From: Polyangiales bacterium
GTDB taxonomy: Bacteria > Myxococcota_A > Polyangia > Polyangiales > JADJQN01
Assembly: GCA_964202905.1 (NCBI GenBank)
Contig: CAXNJO010000004.1
Location: 192,001 to 256,000, forward strand
Reading direction: 5' to 3'
DNA length: 64,000 nt
Position numbers and translations under genes: made by a program. Each line of letters begins with the position of its first letter. Position 1 is the first letter of the stretch. Shown piece by piece: positions 44,853 to 55,248 of the stretch. The notes beneath the pieces were generated by a model that ran no database searches, was not told where the DNA came from, and worked only from the letters and a program-made list of their open reading frames with translations.

Positions 44853-45239
44853 TCAACGCGCGGGGGGCACGACGGCACGGACGTACGGGGCGATCCGCGC
44901 GAGCGTGCGCGGGCCGATTCCCCGGACTCGGGCGAGCTCGGCCACCGAACGGAAAGGACCGCTCACCGCGCGCTCGGCGACGATGCGAGCCGCGAGCGCC
45001 GGACCGATCCACGGCAGCAGTTCCAACTCGGCCGCGGACGCCGCGTTCAACTCGAGGCGCTCCCCGCGCCGCAGCGCTGCGGCCCCTGCACTCTCGTGGA
45101 TGACCTCCACCGGGGCGCGCACCACGTCGGGCGTTGGGCCCACGCGTGTCGCAAGCCCCACGAGCGCGAGCATCGCGCCCATCGCGCCCGCGGCCGCGCG
45201 CGGCGCCGACCTCCGCCCTGCCCTGGCGTCCCGCAGCAC
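44853..45239 (-). CDS. ComEA-like helix-hairpin-helix DNA-binding protein
   Basis: LNAASAAELELLPWIGPALAARIV...GPFRSVAELARVRGIG; start uncertain. Confidence 0.85.
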   Translation of the reverse strand: MLRDARAGRRSAPRAAAGAMGAMLALVGLATRVGPTPDVVRAPVEVIHESAGAAALRRGERLELNAASAAELELLPWIGPALAARIVAERAVSGPFRSVAELARVRGIGPRTLARIAPYVRAVVPPAR

Positions 45240-45311
45240 GCGCCCGTCATCGCGCGGCAGCCAGCGGGGTTTCCGCCATCCCGCGCGGGCGTCCCCCGAG
45301 GGCGCGCGCGA

Positions 45312-46544
45312 TCAGGGCGTGGAAGGCGCCGCAGCACCGAGGCCGAAGCCGTCGTGCAGCACGCGCACCGCGAGCTCGTGGTACTTCGCGGCGATGAGGC
45401 AGGAGACCTTGATCTCGCTCGTCGAGATCGCCTCGATGTTGATGCCCTCGCTCGCGAGCAGACGGAACATCCGTGACGCCACGCCCGCGTGGCTGCGCAT
45501 GCCGAGCCCGACGATGCTGACCTTCGCGATCTGATCGTCGGAGATCACCTCGCGCGCGCCGATGTCCTGCGCGATGCGCGCGGCGATCTCGCACGCCTTC
45601 AGCGCGTCCGTCTTCGTCACCGTGAAGGTGAGGTCCGTCGTGCGCTCGGCCGAGACGTTCTGGATGATCATGTCGACGCTGATGTTCGCGTCGGCGAGCG
45701 GCTCGAACACGCGCGCGACGACACCGGGGACGTCCGGGACGTGTCGGATCGTGACCTTCGTCTCGTTGCGGTCGCTCGTCACGCCCGCGACGACGACGGC
45801 TTCGAAGGACTTGTCCTCGCCGACGACCCACGTCCCCGGCAGATCGTTGAAACTCGAGCGCACGTGCACCGGGACCCCGTACTTCATCGCGACCTCCACA
45901 CTGCGGATCTGCAAGACCTTGGCGCCGAGCGACGCGAGTTCGAGCATCTCCTCGTAGCTGATGCGGTCGACTTTGCGGGCGCTCGGACAGACGTTCGGGT
46001 CCGCAGTGTAGACCCCATCGACGTCCGTGTAGATCTCGCACGCGTCGGCCTTGATCGCGGCGGCGATCGCGACCGCCGTCGTGTCGGACCCGCCGCGCCC
46101 GAGCGTCGTGATGCTGCCATCGTCGTCGATGCCCTGAAAACCGGCGATCACTGCGACCTGCCCCTGCTCGAGCGTCTTGGTCAGCGTGCTCGCGTCAATG
46201 GCCTTGATGCGTGCCTTCGTGAACGCGCTGTCGGTGAGGATGCGGACCTGATGGCCGAGCAGCGATCGCGCCGGAACACCCAGGTCGGAGAGCGCGATCG
46301 CGAGCAGCGCGCTCGTGACCTGCTCGCCCGTCGCCGCGAGCGCGTCGAGTTCGCGCTCGATCGGACGCGCAGCCATCTCCCGCCCGAGGCCGAGCAGACG
46401 GTTGGTCTCCCCGCTCATCGCGGAGACGACGACGGCGACGGAGTGGCCCGCGGCGCGCGCGGCGGCGACCCGGCGCGCGACGGTGCGGAGTCGTTCGGGG
46501 TTCGCGACGCTCGTGCCGCCGAACTTCTGGACGATGAGGCTCAT
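45312..46544 (-). CDS. lysC: Aspartate kinase
   Basis: [33 protein letters not shown], two ACT domains. Confidence 0.97.
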   Translation of the reverse strand: MSLIVQKFGGTSVANPERLRTVARRVAAARAAGHSVAVVVSAMSGETNRLLGLGREMAARPIERELDALAATGEQVTSALLAIALSDLGVPARSLLGHQVRILTDSAFTKARIKAIDASTLTKTLEQGQVAVIAGFQGIDDDGSITTLGRGGSDTTAVAIAAAIKADACEIYTDVDGVYTADPNVCPSARKVDRISYEEMLELASLGAKVLQIRSVEVAMKYGVPVHVRSSFNDLPGTWVVGEDKSFEAVVVAGVTSDRNETKVTIRHVPDVPGVVARVFEPLADANISVDMIIQNVSAERTTDLTFTVTKTDALKACEIAARIAQDIGAREVISDDQIAKVSIVGLGMRSHAGVASRMFRLLASEGINIEAISTSEIKVSCLIAAKYHELAVRVLHDGFGLGAAAPSTP

Positions 46545-46594
46545 GGCGTGCGGGGTTTGGGGGACGGGAGGGGCCGAATCAAGAGAGAAGCGCG

Positions 46595-47107
46595 TCAGGG
46601 GCGCTCGGTGCGCTCGCGCGGCGCAGGATCTGCCGGTGCCTCGGCATCCGTGTCCGGCGACGACGGCTCCGGGGCCGCGGGCGAGCGGTTCACGGGGCGT
46701 CGCTCGCTCGGGAGCACCGAGGGCGGGGCCGGCGTCGGTTCGCCGAAGTCGTCGACGAGTTTGCGCGCGAGACGGTCGAGAATCATTCGCTCGACGTAGC
46801 TCGGCATCGCGGGGATCTGGACGACCACTTTGACTCCGTCGCGCCCTTCAACGCGCGTCGGAACGAGCTCGACCGAGCCTGGGTGCCGGCGCGTGCCGTC
46901 GACGTACTCGAACGTGAAGTAACCGACCTCGGCGTCGCGATCACCGAGCGGGCACCCGAGATCGATTCGAACGAGCCGGAGGCTCGTGTTCCAGACCTTG
47001 TCGCGCGGATACGCGTATTCGTTGGTCGTTCGCGCCGCGGCCGTGTCGACCGGGACGAGGAGCGAGAGCGCGACCAGGAGCGTCGCAGAGACCAGACGGA
47101 GCCGCAT
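46595..47107 (-). CDS. Exported hypothetical protein
   Basis: Signal peptide [25 protein letters not shown]; Pro-rich tail. Confidence 0.7.
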   Translation of the reverse strand: MRLRLVSATLLVALSLLVPVDTAAARTTNEYAYPRDKVWNTSLRLVRIDLGCPLGDRDAEVGYFTFEYVDGTRRHPGSVELVPTRVEGRDGVKVVVQIPAMPSYVERMILDRLARKLVDDFGEPTPAPPSVLPSERRPVNRSPAAPEPSSPDTDAEAPADPAPRERTERP

Positions 47108-47172
47108 GTTTCCGAAGCTAGTCGAGTGCCCGGCGACGGACCAAGTTCCTGCGCGACGCTCGACACCGCGTC

Positions 47173-48231
47173 TCAGCGCGTCGACATCAGGTCGCCAAAG
47201 CGGATCTTCATCGCGTAGAGCGGAACGATGCCCGCGACGCAGATGAACACGGCCTGGATGCCGTAGAGCAAGAAGATGTAGACAGCCCCGTGCGTCGCGA
47301 CGACGTCCTCCGGGAAGTAGAGTTTGAGGGCCGCGACCACGGCGAGTTGGAAATTGCCGAAGAGTCCGGGGCCCGCCGGGAGGAGGATCCCGATGGCGAG
47401 GATGCCCATGATTGCGACGGCGTGTCCGAAGCCCATCGGCAGTCCGCATCCCCACGCGAGCAGCCACATCCCGAGCGCGTTCAGGGACCAGTAGACGAGC
47501 GTCTCGCCGAGGAACGCAGCGCCGAGGCGCGCGTCGCCGATCGAGCGGATCCCCTCGGCGACACCGTCGAGTTTCGCCGCGAGCACCGACGCGAAGCGCT
47601 TCGAGACGAGGCCGACCGTCCGGGCGACGAGAGCCGTCGCGAGCTTGCGCTGCCAGAGGAAACACGCGAGCCCGACGAGCGCGCCCGTGAAGACCGTGAG
47701 CGCGAGCATCCCGTATGCGGGCACGTGCCGCGCGAGCTCGTCGCGGGTGTCGAGGTGCGGCAGCGCGAACACGGCGTAGGCGACGCACAAGCTGGTCACG
47801 AGCCCGTCGAGCACGCGCTCCACCGCGATCGTGCCGAAGCCGACGCTGATCGGGATTCCCTCGCGCATCTTGCTGAGCGCCGGCCGAGCGAGCTCGCCGA
47901 GCCGTAGCGGCATCACGAAGATCGCGAAGAAACCGATCCAGTTGAGGCCGATCACCTCGCGGAGCGGGACGGGCTTGATCGGGGCGACGAGGAAACGCCA
48001 CCGGCTCGCGCGCACCCACGTGGTCGCGAAGAGCACGACGACGTAGGCGGGGACCGTCCACCAGACCACGCCCGCGAAGGCCGAGGCAGGCGGAACGAGC
48101 GGGACGCCCCCGCGCGCGACGAGCCAAGCGAAGAGTGCGCCGAGCACGAGCGAGACGAGGAGTTTCGGCAGCACACGCCGCGCAAGCGACGGCCCGGGGG
48201 GCGGGCCTTCGGACGTGGTGGCGTCGATCAC
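47173..48231 (-). CDS. Lysylphosphatidylglycerol synthase TM / flippase-like membrane protein
   Basis: RASRWRFL, MPLRLGELAR, AVERVLD, PAGPGLFG; multiple TM segments. Confidence 0.88.
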   Translation of the reverse strand: MIDATTSEGPPPGPSLARRVLPKLLVSLVLGALFAWLVARGGVPLVPPASAFAGVVWWTVPAYVVVLFATTWVRASRWRFLVAPIKPVPLREVIGLNWIGFFAIFVMPLRLGELARPALSKMREGIPISVGFGTIAVERVLDGLVTSLCVAYAVFALPHLDTRDELARHVPAYGMLALTVFTGALVGLACFLWQRKLATALVARTVGLVSKRFASVLAAKLDGVAEGIRSIGDARLGAAFLGETLVYWSLNALGMWLLAWGCGLPMGFGHAVAIMGILAIGILLPAGPGLFGNFQLAVVAALKLYFPEDVVATHGAVYIFLLYGIQAVFICVAGIVPLYAMKIRFGDLMSTR

Positions 48232-48959
48232 GCGTCGATGCTCCCGGCGAGGATGCTGGCGGGGCCGTCGACCAGCAGTTCGCGCGCCTCGTCCTCGCCG
48301 ACGATCCGCTCGAGACGCGCGATCGCGTCGGCCACGAGCGCGACGTCCTGCGGCTTGTGCGAGTCGCTGCAGGCCGCGTAGTAGGCGCCCTCGTCGAGCA
48401 TCCGCTCAGCCGCACGCTTGGGGGCGCTCCCGTAGCGGCCGGTCAGCGACATGAGGTCGAGCAGCGCGATCGCGCCCATGTCGAGCAGGCGCTCGATGGG
48501 CTGGGTGCGGGCGAAGAGCGGCGCGTAGCGCTCGGGGTGCGCGATGACCGGCGTGACGCCCTTGCGCTGCATGGCGAAGAAGCGATCCTCGACGCGCGGG
48601 AGATGCTCCGGCGGGAACTCGATGAGCGCCGCGAAACCGCCCGGGTACGGCAGAATCTCACCCGCGACGAAGAGCCCCCAGAACACGTCGTCGCACCAAT
48701 GCTCGGCGGCGAGCCCGGTGCGGGGAAGCGTGCCCGCTGCCGCGCGGAACTCGGGCGACGCGAGCAAGGTGTCGTAGGCGCCTCGGAGCCCCGGCGCGCG
48801 GTTCTCGAACATGGCTGTCCGGATGTGGGGCGTCGCGACGACGTGATCGAAGCCGACGCGGTGCAGCCCGGCGAGCAGCGCGATCCCGTCGGCGACGGTA
48901 CGGACACCGTCGTCGATCGCCGGCAGGTAGTGGCAGTGCAAGTCGATGTAGCCCTTCAC
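48228..48959 (-). CDS. CpsB/CapC (YwqE-like) PHP-family protein-tyrosine phosphatase
   Basis: IDLHCHYLPAIDDG, VATPH, IAHPERY, SDSH; GTG start 48959. Confidence 0.92.
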   Translation of the reverse strand: MKGYIDLHCHYLPAIDDGVRTVADGIALLAGLHRVGFDHVVATPHIRTAMFENRAPGLRGAYDTLLASPEFRAAAGTLPRTGLAAEHWCDDVFWGLFVAGEILPYPGGFAALIEFPPEHLPRVEDRFFAMQRKGVTPVIAHPERYAPLFARTQPIERLLDMGAIALLDLMSLTGRYGSAPKRAAERMLDEGAYYAACSDSHKPQDVALVADAIARLERIVGEDEARELLVDGPASILAGSIDA

Positions 48960-50371
48960 GCGCCACCCTTCCCAGCGCCGTCGCGGGCCTTGCCCTGCTC
49001 TCCCGGGCCGATCTCGTCGATCAACGCGAGGAGCGCGTCGTGGTCGTTGAGCGTGGGCTCCTCGAGCACGCGCTCGAGGATCTGCTCGAGCACCTCGCCG
49101 ACGCGCCGGCTCGGGCGGATCGCGAGGCGTGCCATCACGTCCGCGCCGCTGACGGCGAGGTCGCGCGTCGAGAGGGCGCTCCCCGACGCGACGACGGCCT
49201 CGATTCGCCGCTGCAACTCCACCAATCCCTCGAGCTCGGCCTCGACCGACCGGCCCTTGCCGAGGGCATCCGCCCGCGCGAGACGAATCAGGTCCCCGAC
49301 GCGATCCGGGCCGACGCGCTTCAGGAACCGGCGCACGGCGGCGTCGCTCCACGCGTCCGAATAGCAGACGAGATGGTGTCGGATCAGGTGCACGACGCGG
49401 TCGCGCTCGTCGTTGCTGAAGCGGAACGCGCGGAGCCAGGCGTCGGCCATGTCTGCGCCGACGGTCTCGTGGTTGTAGAAGGTGTAGTCCTGCGTCTTCT
49501 CGCCGAGCGCGCGCGTCCGCGGCTTGCCGACGTCGTGCAGCAGGCCGGCGAGGCGGAGCACGGGGTCGCCGTCGAGCGCGTCGAGCGTCTCGAGGGAGTG
49601 GCCCCAGACGTCGAACGCGTGCCACTTGTTCTGCACGCAGCCGATCTGCGCGGCGAGCTCCGGGTACGTGACCCCGAGGATCCCCGTCGACGCCATCACG
49701 CGGAAGGCACGCGAGGGCCGCCGCGCCTTCATCGTCTTCAGCCACTCGTCGCGGACGCGCTCCGGAGAGACCTTACGGAAGGTGTCGAGCGTCGCGGGGA
49801 TCGCCGCCGCCGTCTCCTCGTCGAGTTCGAACTCGAGCGTCGCGACGAAGCGCGCGGCGCGCAGCACGCGGAGTCCGTCCTCCGCGAAACGCTCGCGCGC
49901 GCTGCCCACGGCGCGCAGCACCCGGCGGCCCATGTCCTCGCGCCCGCCGAAGGGATCGACGAGGCGATCGTCGAGCGGATCGTAGGCGATCGCGTTCACG
50001 GTGAAGTCGCGGCGCGCGAGGTCCTGCTCGATGTCGTCGACGAAGTGGACGGAGTCGGGGCGGCGGCCGTCGGTGTACGCCCCCTCCCCGCGCAGCGTCG
50101 TCACCTCGTAGTGCGCGCCGTCGAGCAGCACCGTGACCGTGCCGTGCTCGATGCCGGTGGGGATGACGCGCTTGAACGTGCGCTGCACCTGCTCGGGCAG
50201 GGCCGACGTGCACACGTCCCAATCGCTCACGTTGCGGCCCGCGAGGAGGTCACGCAGGCAACCTCCGACGATCCATGCGCGGTGTCCCGCGTCACGGAGG
50301 CGGCGGCAGAGCGCGATCACGGGCTGCGGGATGCGCCCCGCGGGAATGTCGACGTGCGTCACGGGGATCAC
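48956..50371 (-). CDS. cca: Class II tRNA nucleotidyltransferase with HD domain
   Basis: VGGCLRD, DWD, RRDFTVNA, EDGLRVLRAARF, LLHDVGK; flexible loop present. Confidence 0.92.
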   Translation of the reverse strand: MIPVTHVDIPAGRIPQPVIALCRRLRDAGHRAWIVGGCLRDLLAGRNVSDWDVCTSALPEQVQRTFKRVIPTGIEHGTVTVLLDGAHYEVTTLRGEGAYTDGRRPDSVHFVDDIEQDLARRDFTVNAIAYDPLDDRLVDPFGGREDMGRRVLRAVGSARERFAEDGLRVLRAARFVATLEFELDEETAAAIPATLDTFRKVSPERVRDEWLKTMKARRPSRAFRVMASTGILGVTYPELAAQIGCVQNKWHAFDVWGHSLETLDALDGDPVLRLAGLLHDVGKPRTRALGEKTQDYTFYNHETVGADMADAWLRAFRFSNDERDRVVHLIRHHLVCYSDAWSDAAVRRFLKRVGPDRVGDLIRLARADALGKGRSVEAELEGLVELQRRIEAVVASGSALSTRDLAVSGADVMARLAIRPSRRVGEVLEQILERVLEEPTLNDHDALLALIDEIGPGEQGKARDGAGKGGA

Positions 50372-50445
50372 CGTCAGCGGGAGGGAGGGCGCGATGGGGT
50401 ACTACGAGCGCCGCGCGCAGGCCAGCGGGCGCGCCCGCTGCGCGT

Positions 50446-53127
50446 TCACGGCGCCAGGGGCGGCGCGGTGCCCGGGTCGGTCTTCTCGCCCGGCAGCGGC
50501 GTCGCGATGAGCCCATCCGCGCTCTTCAAGCGCTCGTCGATGGCGGCGGCCCGCGCGTCGAGCGCGTCGGCGGCGGCATGCCCCTCTTGTGAATCCCCGC
50601 TCCCCTGCCGCAGCAAAGCCGCGTACGCGCGGCAACCATGCGCGAGCTCGAGGTCGTTGCCGAGCTCCTCGAAGAGCGCGATCGAGCGCTCGAACGCGGC
50701 GCGCGCCTGCTGGTGCTCCTCGCCTCCCCAGCCTGCGGCCGCGCCGATCTCGCCGAGCGTGCGGAGCGCGACGCCGAGGAAGGGCTTGCTGCGCGCCTGC
50801 TCGAAGAGCGCGATGCTGCGCCCGATGTAGTCGCGCGCCGCCGAGAGCTCGTGGGAGAGCATGTGCGCCTTGGCGAGGCCGCGCAGGATCTCGCCCTCGA
50901 GAATCCGGTCCCCGAGCGTCGCGGAGATCTCCTCCGCCTGCTGCAGCCCCCGGATCGCGTCCTCCGGGCGGCCGAGCCTGTAATGTGCCTGCCCGAGGTT
51001 CGTGAGGATCACCGCCTGCCGCATGCGGTCGCCGACCTCGCGCGCGAGCTCGAGCGCCTCCGTCCACAGCGCGAGGGCGAGCTCGTGCTCGCCGTTCTGC
51101 TCGCGGATGTCGCCGAGGTTGTTCAGGGTCTGCGAGATACCTGGGCGATCGCCGATCTCGCGGCGGAGGATGAGCGCCTCGTTGTAGGCCTCGAGGGCCT
51201 CGCTGAAGCGGCCGCTGTCCTGGTAGACGAGGCCGAGGTTGTTGAGCGAGAGCGCGAGCGAGCGCGCGTCACCGAGCTCGCGGCGAAGCTCGAGGCCCTG
51301 TCGCATGAACCGCTCGGCGACCTCGTAGGCGCCGCGCATCCAGTGCACCTTGCCGACGTCGTCGACGGTGGACGCGACGCCGCGCTTGTCGCCCGCCGCG
51401 TCGAAGAGCGCGTGCGCCGTCCCGAGGTGGCGCATCGCCTCTTCGAGCTGACCGATCGCGCGGTAGAGACGGCCGATGCGGTTGTGGGCGGCGCCACCCT
51501 TGCTCTTCAGATCGAGGCGGTACGCGATCACCAGCATCTGACGGAAGCTCGCGAGCGCGTCGTCGTTGCGGCCGGCGAGCTGGAGCACGTCCCCGTGGTG
51601 ATGCAGCGCGTCGAGGCGCTGCGGGACATCCTCCTCACCGATCAGCGCAAGTCCCTTGCCATAATATTCGGCGGCCTTCGCGTTCGCGTAGCGCGACCGC
51701 GCGCGGTCGGCCGCCATGAGGAAGTAGTGACCAGCCTTGCGCCGCGCGCCGCCCGCCTCGAAGTGCCCGGCGAGCACCTCGCACTGCTCCTCCGCGCTCT
51801 CGGCGAGGCGGAACTCGAGCCACTCGGCGACGACCATGTGATAGCGGCGGATCTGCGCTCGGCTCGTGAGGCGATGCAGCGTCTCGCGCTCGAGGTTGTG
51901 CTTGAAGGCGAACTCCGTGTCGCCGGGCACCGACGAGTCGGGGAGTTCGAGCACGTATTCGCGGTCCTCGAGGCCGCTCAGGAGATCGCGGAAGTGGAGC
52001 GCGACGTCCTCCGCGCCGCCCCACAGCGAGGGCGTGGGCCTGTCGATCCGCGCGAGCGCGACGAGCGCGCCGAGCCAGAAGACGCCGCCCATCGTCGCGG
52101 CCATCTCGAGCACCTGGCGCTCCGACGCCTCGAGCGCGGCGATGCGCGCGCTGATGGCGTCCTCGACGGTGAGCGGGAGCTGCGCATCGTCGAGCTTCGA
52201 GAGATCGACCGCCCAGGTGCCATCGCCGCGCGGCACGACGGTGCCGCTCGAGAGGAACGTGCGCACCATCTGCTCGAGTAGGTACGGGCTGCCCCCGGCC
52301 ATCTCCACGCCCGCGTCGATGAGCTCTTGCGGAGGCTCGCCCGTCGGGGCGAGCAGGCGGTGCATGAGCCCCGCGGCGTCGTCGGGGCCGAGCGGACCGA
52401 GGTCGAGCTTCACGTGCGCGGCGCCCCCGGCACCGAGCCACTCGGGCTGCCGCGCGAGGAGCTCGGGCCGCGCGACGTGCACGAGGAGAATCGGGGCGGC
52501 CGTCATGGCGGTCGTCAGGTAGGAGACGAGCTCGAGCGTGTCGTCCGTCGCCCAGTGCAGGTCCTCGAAGGTGAGGATCAGCGGGTGGTTCTCGGCGTCG
52601 ACCTCGAAGAAGCGTCGCAGCACGGCCCGCGAGATCTTGCTGAACTGCTCCGGGTCGTCCTCGACCGCCCGGATGAATGGCGATTCAGGGAACCGCAGGT
52701 CGAGGAACGCGCCGAGGAAATGGAGGAACTCCGTGACGCGGCGATCGCTGAGCGTCTCGCTCACCTTCTGGCGGAATTGCTCGCGCGTGGTCTCTGGATC
52801 GCCGCCCTCGATGACGCCGAAGCGACCTTTCAGGATGCGCTGCACGACGCTGAACGGCGGGCCGTTCTCACGGCACGTCCCACGGAAGGCGCGGACGTGC
52901 CGGTCGCGGTCGCGCACGCGAGCGAGGAACTCGTGCACGAGGCGCGTCTTGCCGATGCCCGCGCTGCCGAGGATCGTGACGACCTGGGGCGTCTTGGTGG
53001 CGAGCGCGCGCGCGAGGGCCTCGTCGAGCTCGCGGAGCTCGAGGCCGCGGCCGACGAGCGGCGCACGCAGCGTGGTGGAGGACGGGGAGGCGGGCGAACG
53101 CAGCAGACCGGATTGCGAGGAGGGCAT
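50446..53127 (-). CDS. STAND-type AAA ATPase with C-terminal TPR array
   Basis: LVGRGLEL, GSAGIGKTRL, FEDLHWA, GGSPY, FKHNL; repeated LNNLG TPRs; no N-terminal effector domain. Confidence 0.9.
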   Translation of the reverse strand: MPSSQSGLLRSPASPSSTTLRAPLVGRGLELRELDEALARALATKTPQVVTILGSAGIGKTRLVHEFLARVRDRDRHVRAFRGTCRENGPPFSVVQRILKGRFGVIEGGDPETTREQFRQKVSETLSDRRVTEFLHFLGAFLDLRFPESPFIRAVEDDPEQFSKISRAVLRRFFEVDAENHPLILTFEDLHWATDDTLELVSYLTTAMTAAPILLVHVARPELLARQPEWLGAGGAAHVKLDLGPLGPDDAAGLMHRLLAPTGEPPQELIDAGVEMAGGSPYLLEQMVRTFLSSGTVVPRGDGTWAVDLSKLDDAQLPLTVEDAISARIAALEASERQVLEMAATMGGVFWLGALVALARIDRPTPSLWGGAEDVALHFRDLLSGLEDREYVLELPDSSVPGDTEFAFKHNLERETLHRLTSRAQIRRYHMVVAEWLEFRLAESAEEQCEVLAGHFEAGGARRKAGHYFLMAADRARSRYANAKAAEYYGKGLALIGEEDVPQRLDALHHHGDVLQLAGRNDDALASFRQMLVIAYRLDLKSKGGAAHNRIGRLYRAIGQLEEAMRHLGTAHALFDAAGDKRGVASTVDDVGKVHWMRGAYEVAERFMRQGLELRRELGDARSLALSLNNLGLVYQDSGRFSEALEAYNEALILRREIGDRPGISQTLNNLGDIREQNGEHELALALWTEALELAREVGDRMRQAVILTNLGQAHYRLGRPEDAIRGLQQAEEISATLGDRILEGEILRGLAKAHMLSHELSAARDYIGRSIALFEQARSKPFLGVALRTLGEIGAAAGWGGEEHQQARAAFERSIALFEELGNDLELAHGCRAYAALLRQGSGDSQEGHAAADALDARAAAIDERLKSADGLIATPLPGEKTDPGTAPPLAP

Positions 53128-53254
53128 GCGGGTGCGCCAAGTTATCCGACAGGCGCGCACATCACAACTCCGCGCGCCCGTCGCGCCCGTCTCTCGGCGC
53201 AGGAGGCGGCGCTCCCTTGCGTCGTCAGGCGCTCTCGGGGGAACATGCCGCGCG

Positions 53255-54574
53255 ATGCGCCGCACGCGCCAGCTTGGCCGCTACCACATCACCGAGCGCA
53301 TCGCCTTCGGTGGCATGGCCGAGCTGTTCCGCGGCTTCACGTTCGAGGCCGACGGCTACCGTCGCGACGTCGCGATCAAGAAGGTCCTCCCGCACTTCAC
53401 GGAGGATCGGCAGTTCATCGACATGCTCACCGACGAGTACCGGCTCGTCAGCTACCTCCGGCATCCGAACATCGCCGAGGTCTACGAGCTCGCGAAGGTC
53501 GACGACACGATCCTCATCTCGATGGAGTTCGTGGACGGCAAGGACCTCCGCACCGTCGTCGAGAAGGACAAGGCGCGCGGCGGCGGCGTGCTCGAGGCGG
53601 ACGACTGCGCGTACGTCATCGCGCGCGCGCTCGACGGGCTGCACCACGCGCACGCGGCGGTCGACGTCGAGGGGCACCCGCTGCGTCTCGTCCACCGCGA
53701 CTTCAGTCCGTCGAACATCCTCGTCGCCTACGACGGACACGTGAAGATCTGCGACTTCGGCATCGCCAAGGCCACGCACAACAAGGTCCAGACGAAGACG
53801 GGGATCATCAAGGGCAAGGTCAAGTACATGTCCCCCGAGCAGGCGTTTGGCCGCAAGCTCGACGGACGCAGCGACGTGTTCAGCGCCGGGAGCGTCCTCT
53901 ACGAGCTGCTCTGCGGGCAGGCGCCGTTCACCGCGCCCACCGAAGTCGACCTCATCTTCACCGTGCGCGACGCGGCCCCGCGTCCCCTCCGCGACGTCGA
54001 GCCGCGCATCCCGCAGCGGCTCGCGGCGATCGTCGAGCGCGCGATGGTGCGCTCGCGCAGCGGCCGCTTCCAGACGGCGCTCGAGTTCCGGGACGCGCTC
54101 CTCGATTGGCTGCTCGCGGCGGCGCCGCAGTACCGCCGGACGAAGCTCGCGCGCGTCATGAAGCGCTTGTTCGCCCAGGAGATCGAGGCCGAACTGCGGG
54201 CGATGGAGGACTACGTCCTCGACCTCGACGCGCCGACGGATCTCGGCAGGAACCTCATCGCCGACGTACTCGGTCCGGACGCGCCCTTCTCGCGCTTCAG
54301 CCCGAGTCCGTCGCGGATCGTCGAGCCCGTCGCGCCCCCCCCCGCCGCGGACGACGAGGACGAATCTTCGCTGCCGCCTCCGCCGGACGAGGACCCGCTG
54401 CACCTCGCGCGCACCGAGATCCTCGATGTCTCGTCGCCTGGTGAGCCGCGCCGCAAGCGCGCTGCGCGGGGCCCGCTCGGGTCGGCCAACGGGACGCGCC
54501 CCCTCGCGCGGGCGCCGGACCCGATCCACGACGAGAAGACCAACGTCGGACCGAAACCTCCGCGCCTGCGGTGA
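53255..54574 (+). CDS. Ser/Thr protein kinase
   Basis: AFGGMAELF, VAIK, HRDFSPSN, DFG, KGKVKYMSPEQ; no TM segment seen. Confidence 0.95.
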   Translation: MRRTRQLGRYHITERIAFGGMAELFRGFTFEADGYRRDVAIKKVLPHFTEDRQFIDMLTDEYRLVSYLRHPNIAEVYELAKVDDTILISMEFVDGKDLRTVVEKDKARGGGVLEADDCAYVIARALDGLHHAHAAVDVEGHPLRLVHRDFSPSNILVAYDGHVKICDFGIAKATHNKVQTKTGIIKGKVKYMSPEQAFGRKLDGRSDVFSAGSVLYELLCGQAPFTAPTEVDLIFTVRDAAPRPLRDVEPRIPQRLAAIVERAMVRSRSGRFQTALEFRDALLDWLLAAAPQYRRTKLARVMKRLFAQEIEAELRAMEDYVLDLDAPTDLGRNLIADVLGPDAPFSRFSPSPSRIVEPVAPPPAADDEDESSLPPPPDEDPLHLARTEILDVSSPGEPRRKRAARGPLGSANGTRPLARAPDPIHDEKTNVGPKPPRLR

Positions 54575-54583
54575 GCCCCGCGC

Positions 54584-55165
54584 TCAGTTCTCGCGGACGA
54601 TGCGCCGCGGCTGGTTCGCGGGGGCTGTGCGGCGACTGGTGACGAGGAAGCGGACGCGCGTCGTCACGGCCTCCGTCGCAGGGGAGAGATGCCAGTGCGC
54701 GGCGACTGCGCCGTCGTCGGCTTGATACCACTTCAGGAAGAGGACGAAGTCGGCCGAGAGAAGGCGCGTCTGGTTGCGATCGACGCTGCTGTAGCCGCCG
54801 TCGCTCTCCATGCTGACGAGGTCGATGTCGGTGACGGCGCCGAAGAGGGCCCCGCCCGCCTCGATGTCGAGCCGATACGAGGGCCCGACGTCCGGGATGC
54901 GTGTGGCTTGCGCGGAGTTCACCCGGACCAGGACGATGGCGTCGGCGCTGCCGACCCGTGCCTGGAGCTCATCCGCCCACGTGCGGCGCCATTGACCCGC
55001 GAGGATCTCCGGGTCGTCGACGAAGTCCACGCCATGGTCGAAGACACGGACATCGGCAGCGGTCATGGGCGACGTCACGCGAATGGGCGCTGCGGACGCG
55101 CCGCAAGCCATGAGCGCGAGTCCGAAGAGCGCGAGCAGCAGCGTGAACCGGCGGAAGCGAAGCAT
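54584..55165 (-). CDS. Hypothetical lipoprotein
   Basis: MLRFRRFTLLLALFGLALMAC lipobox. Confidence 0.7.
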   Translation of the reverse strand: MLRFRRFTLLLALFGLALMACGASAAPIRVTSPMTAADVRVFDHGVDFVDDPEILAGQWRRTWADELQARVGSADAIVLVRVNSAQATRIPDVGPSYRLDIEAGGALFGAVTDIDLVSMESDGGYSSVDRNQTRLLSADFVLFLKWYQADDGAVAAHWHLSPATEAVTTRVRFLVTSRRTAPANQPRRIVREN

Positions 55166-55248
55166 CAGCGCGGCAGGATACCCGCTCGCCCCGCGCGGGC
55201 AATGGCCTCGCCAGCCGGTCCCCGCCCGCGAAGGGGAGACGACGGCGC

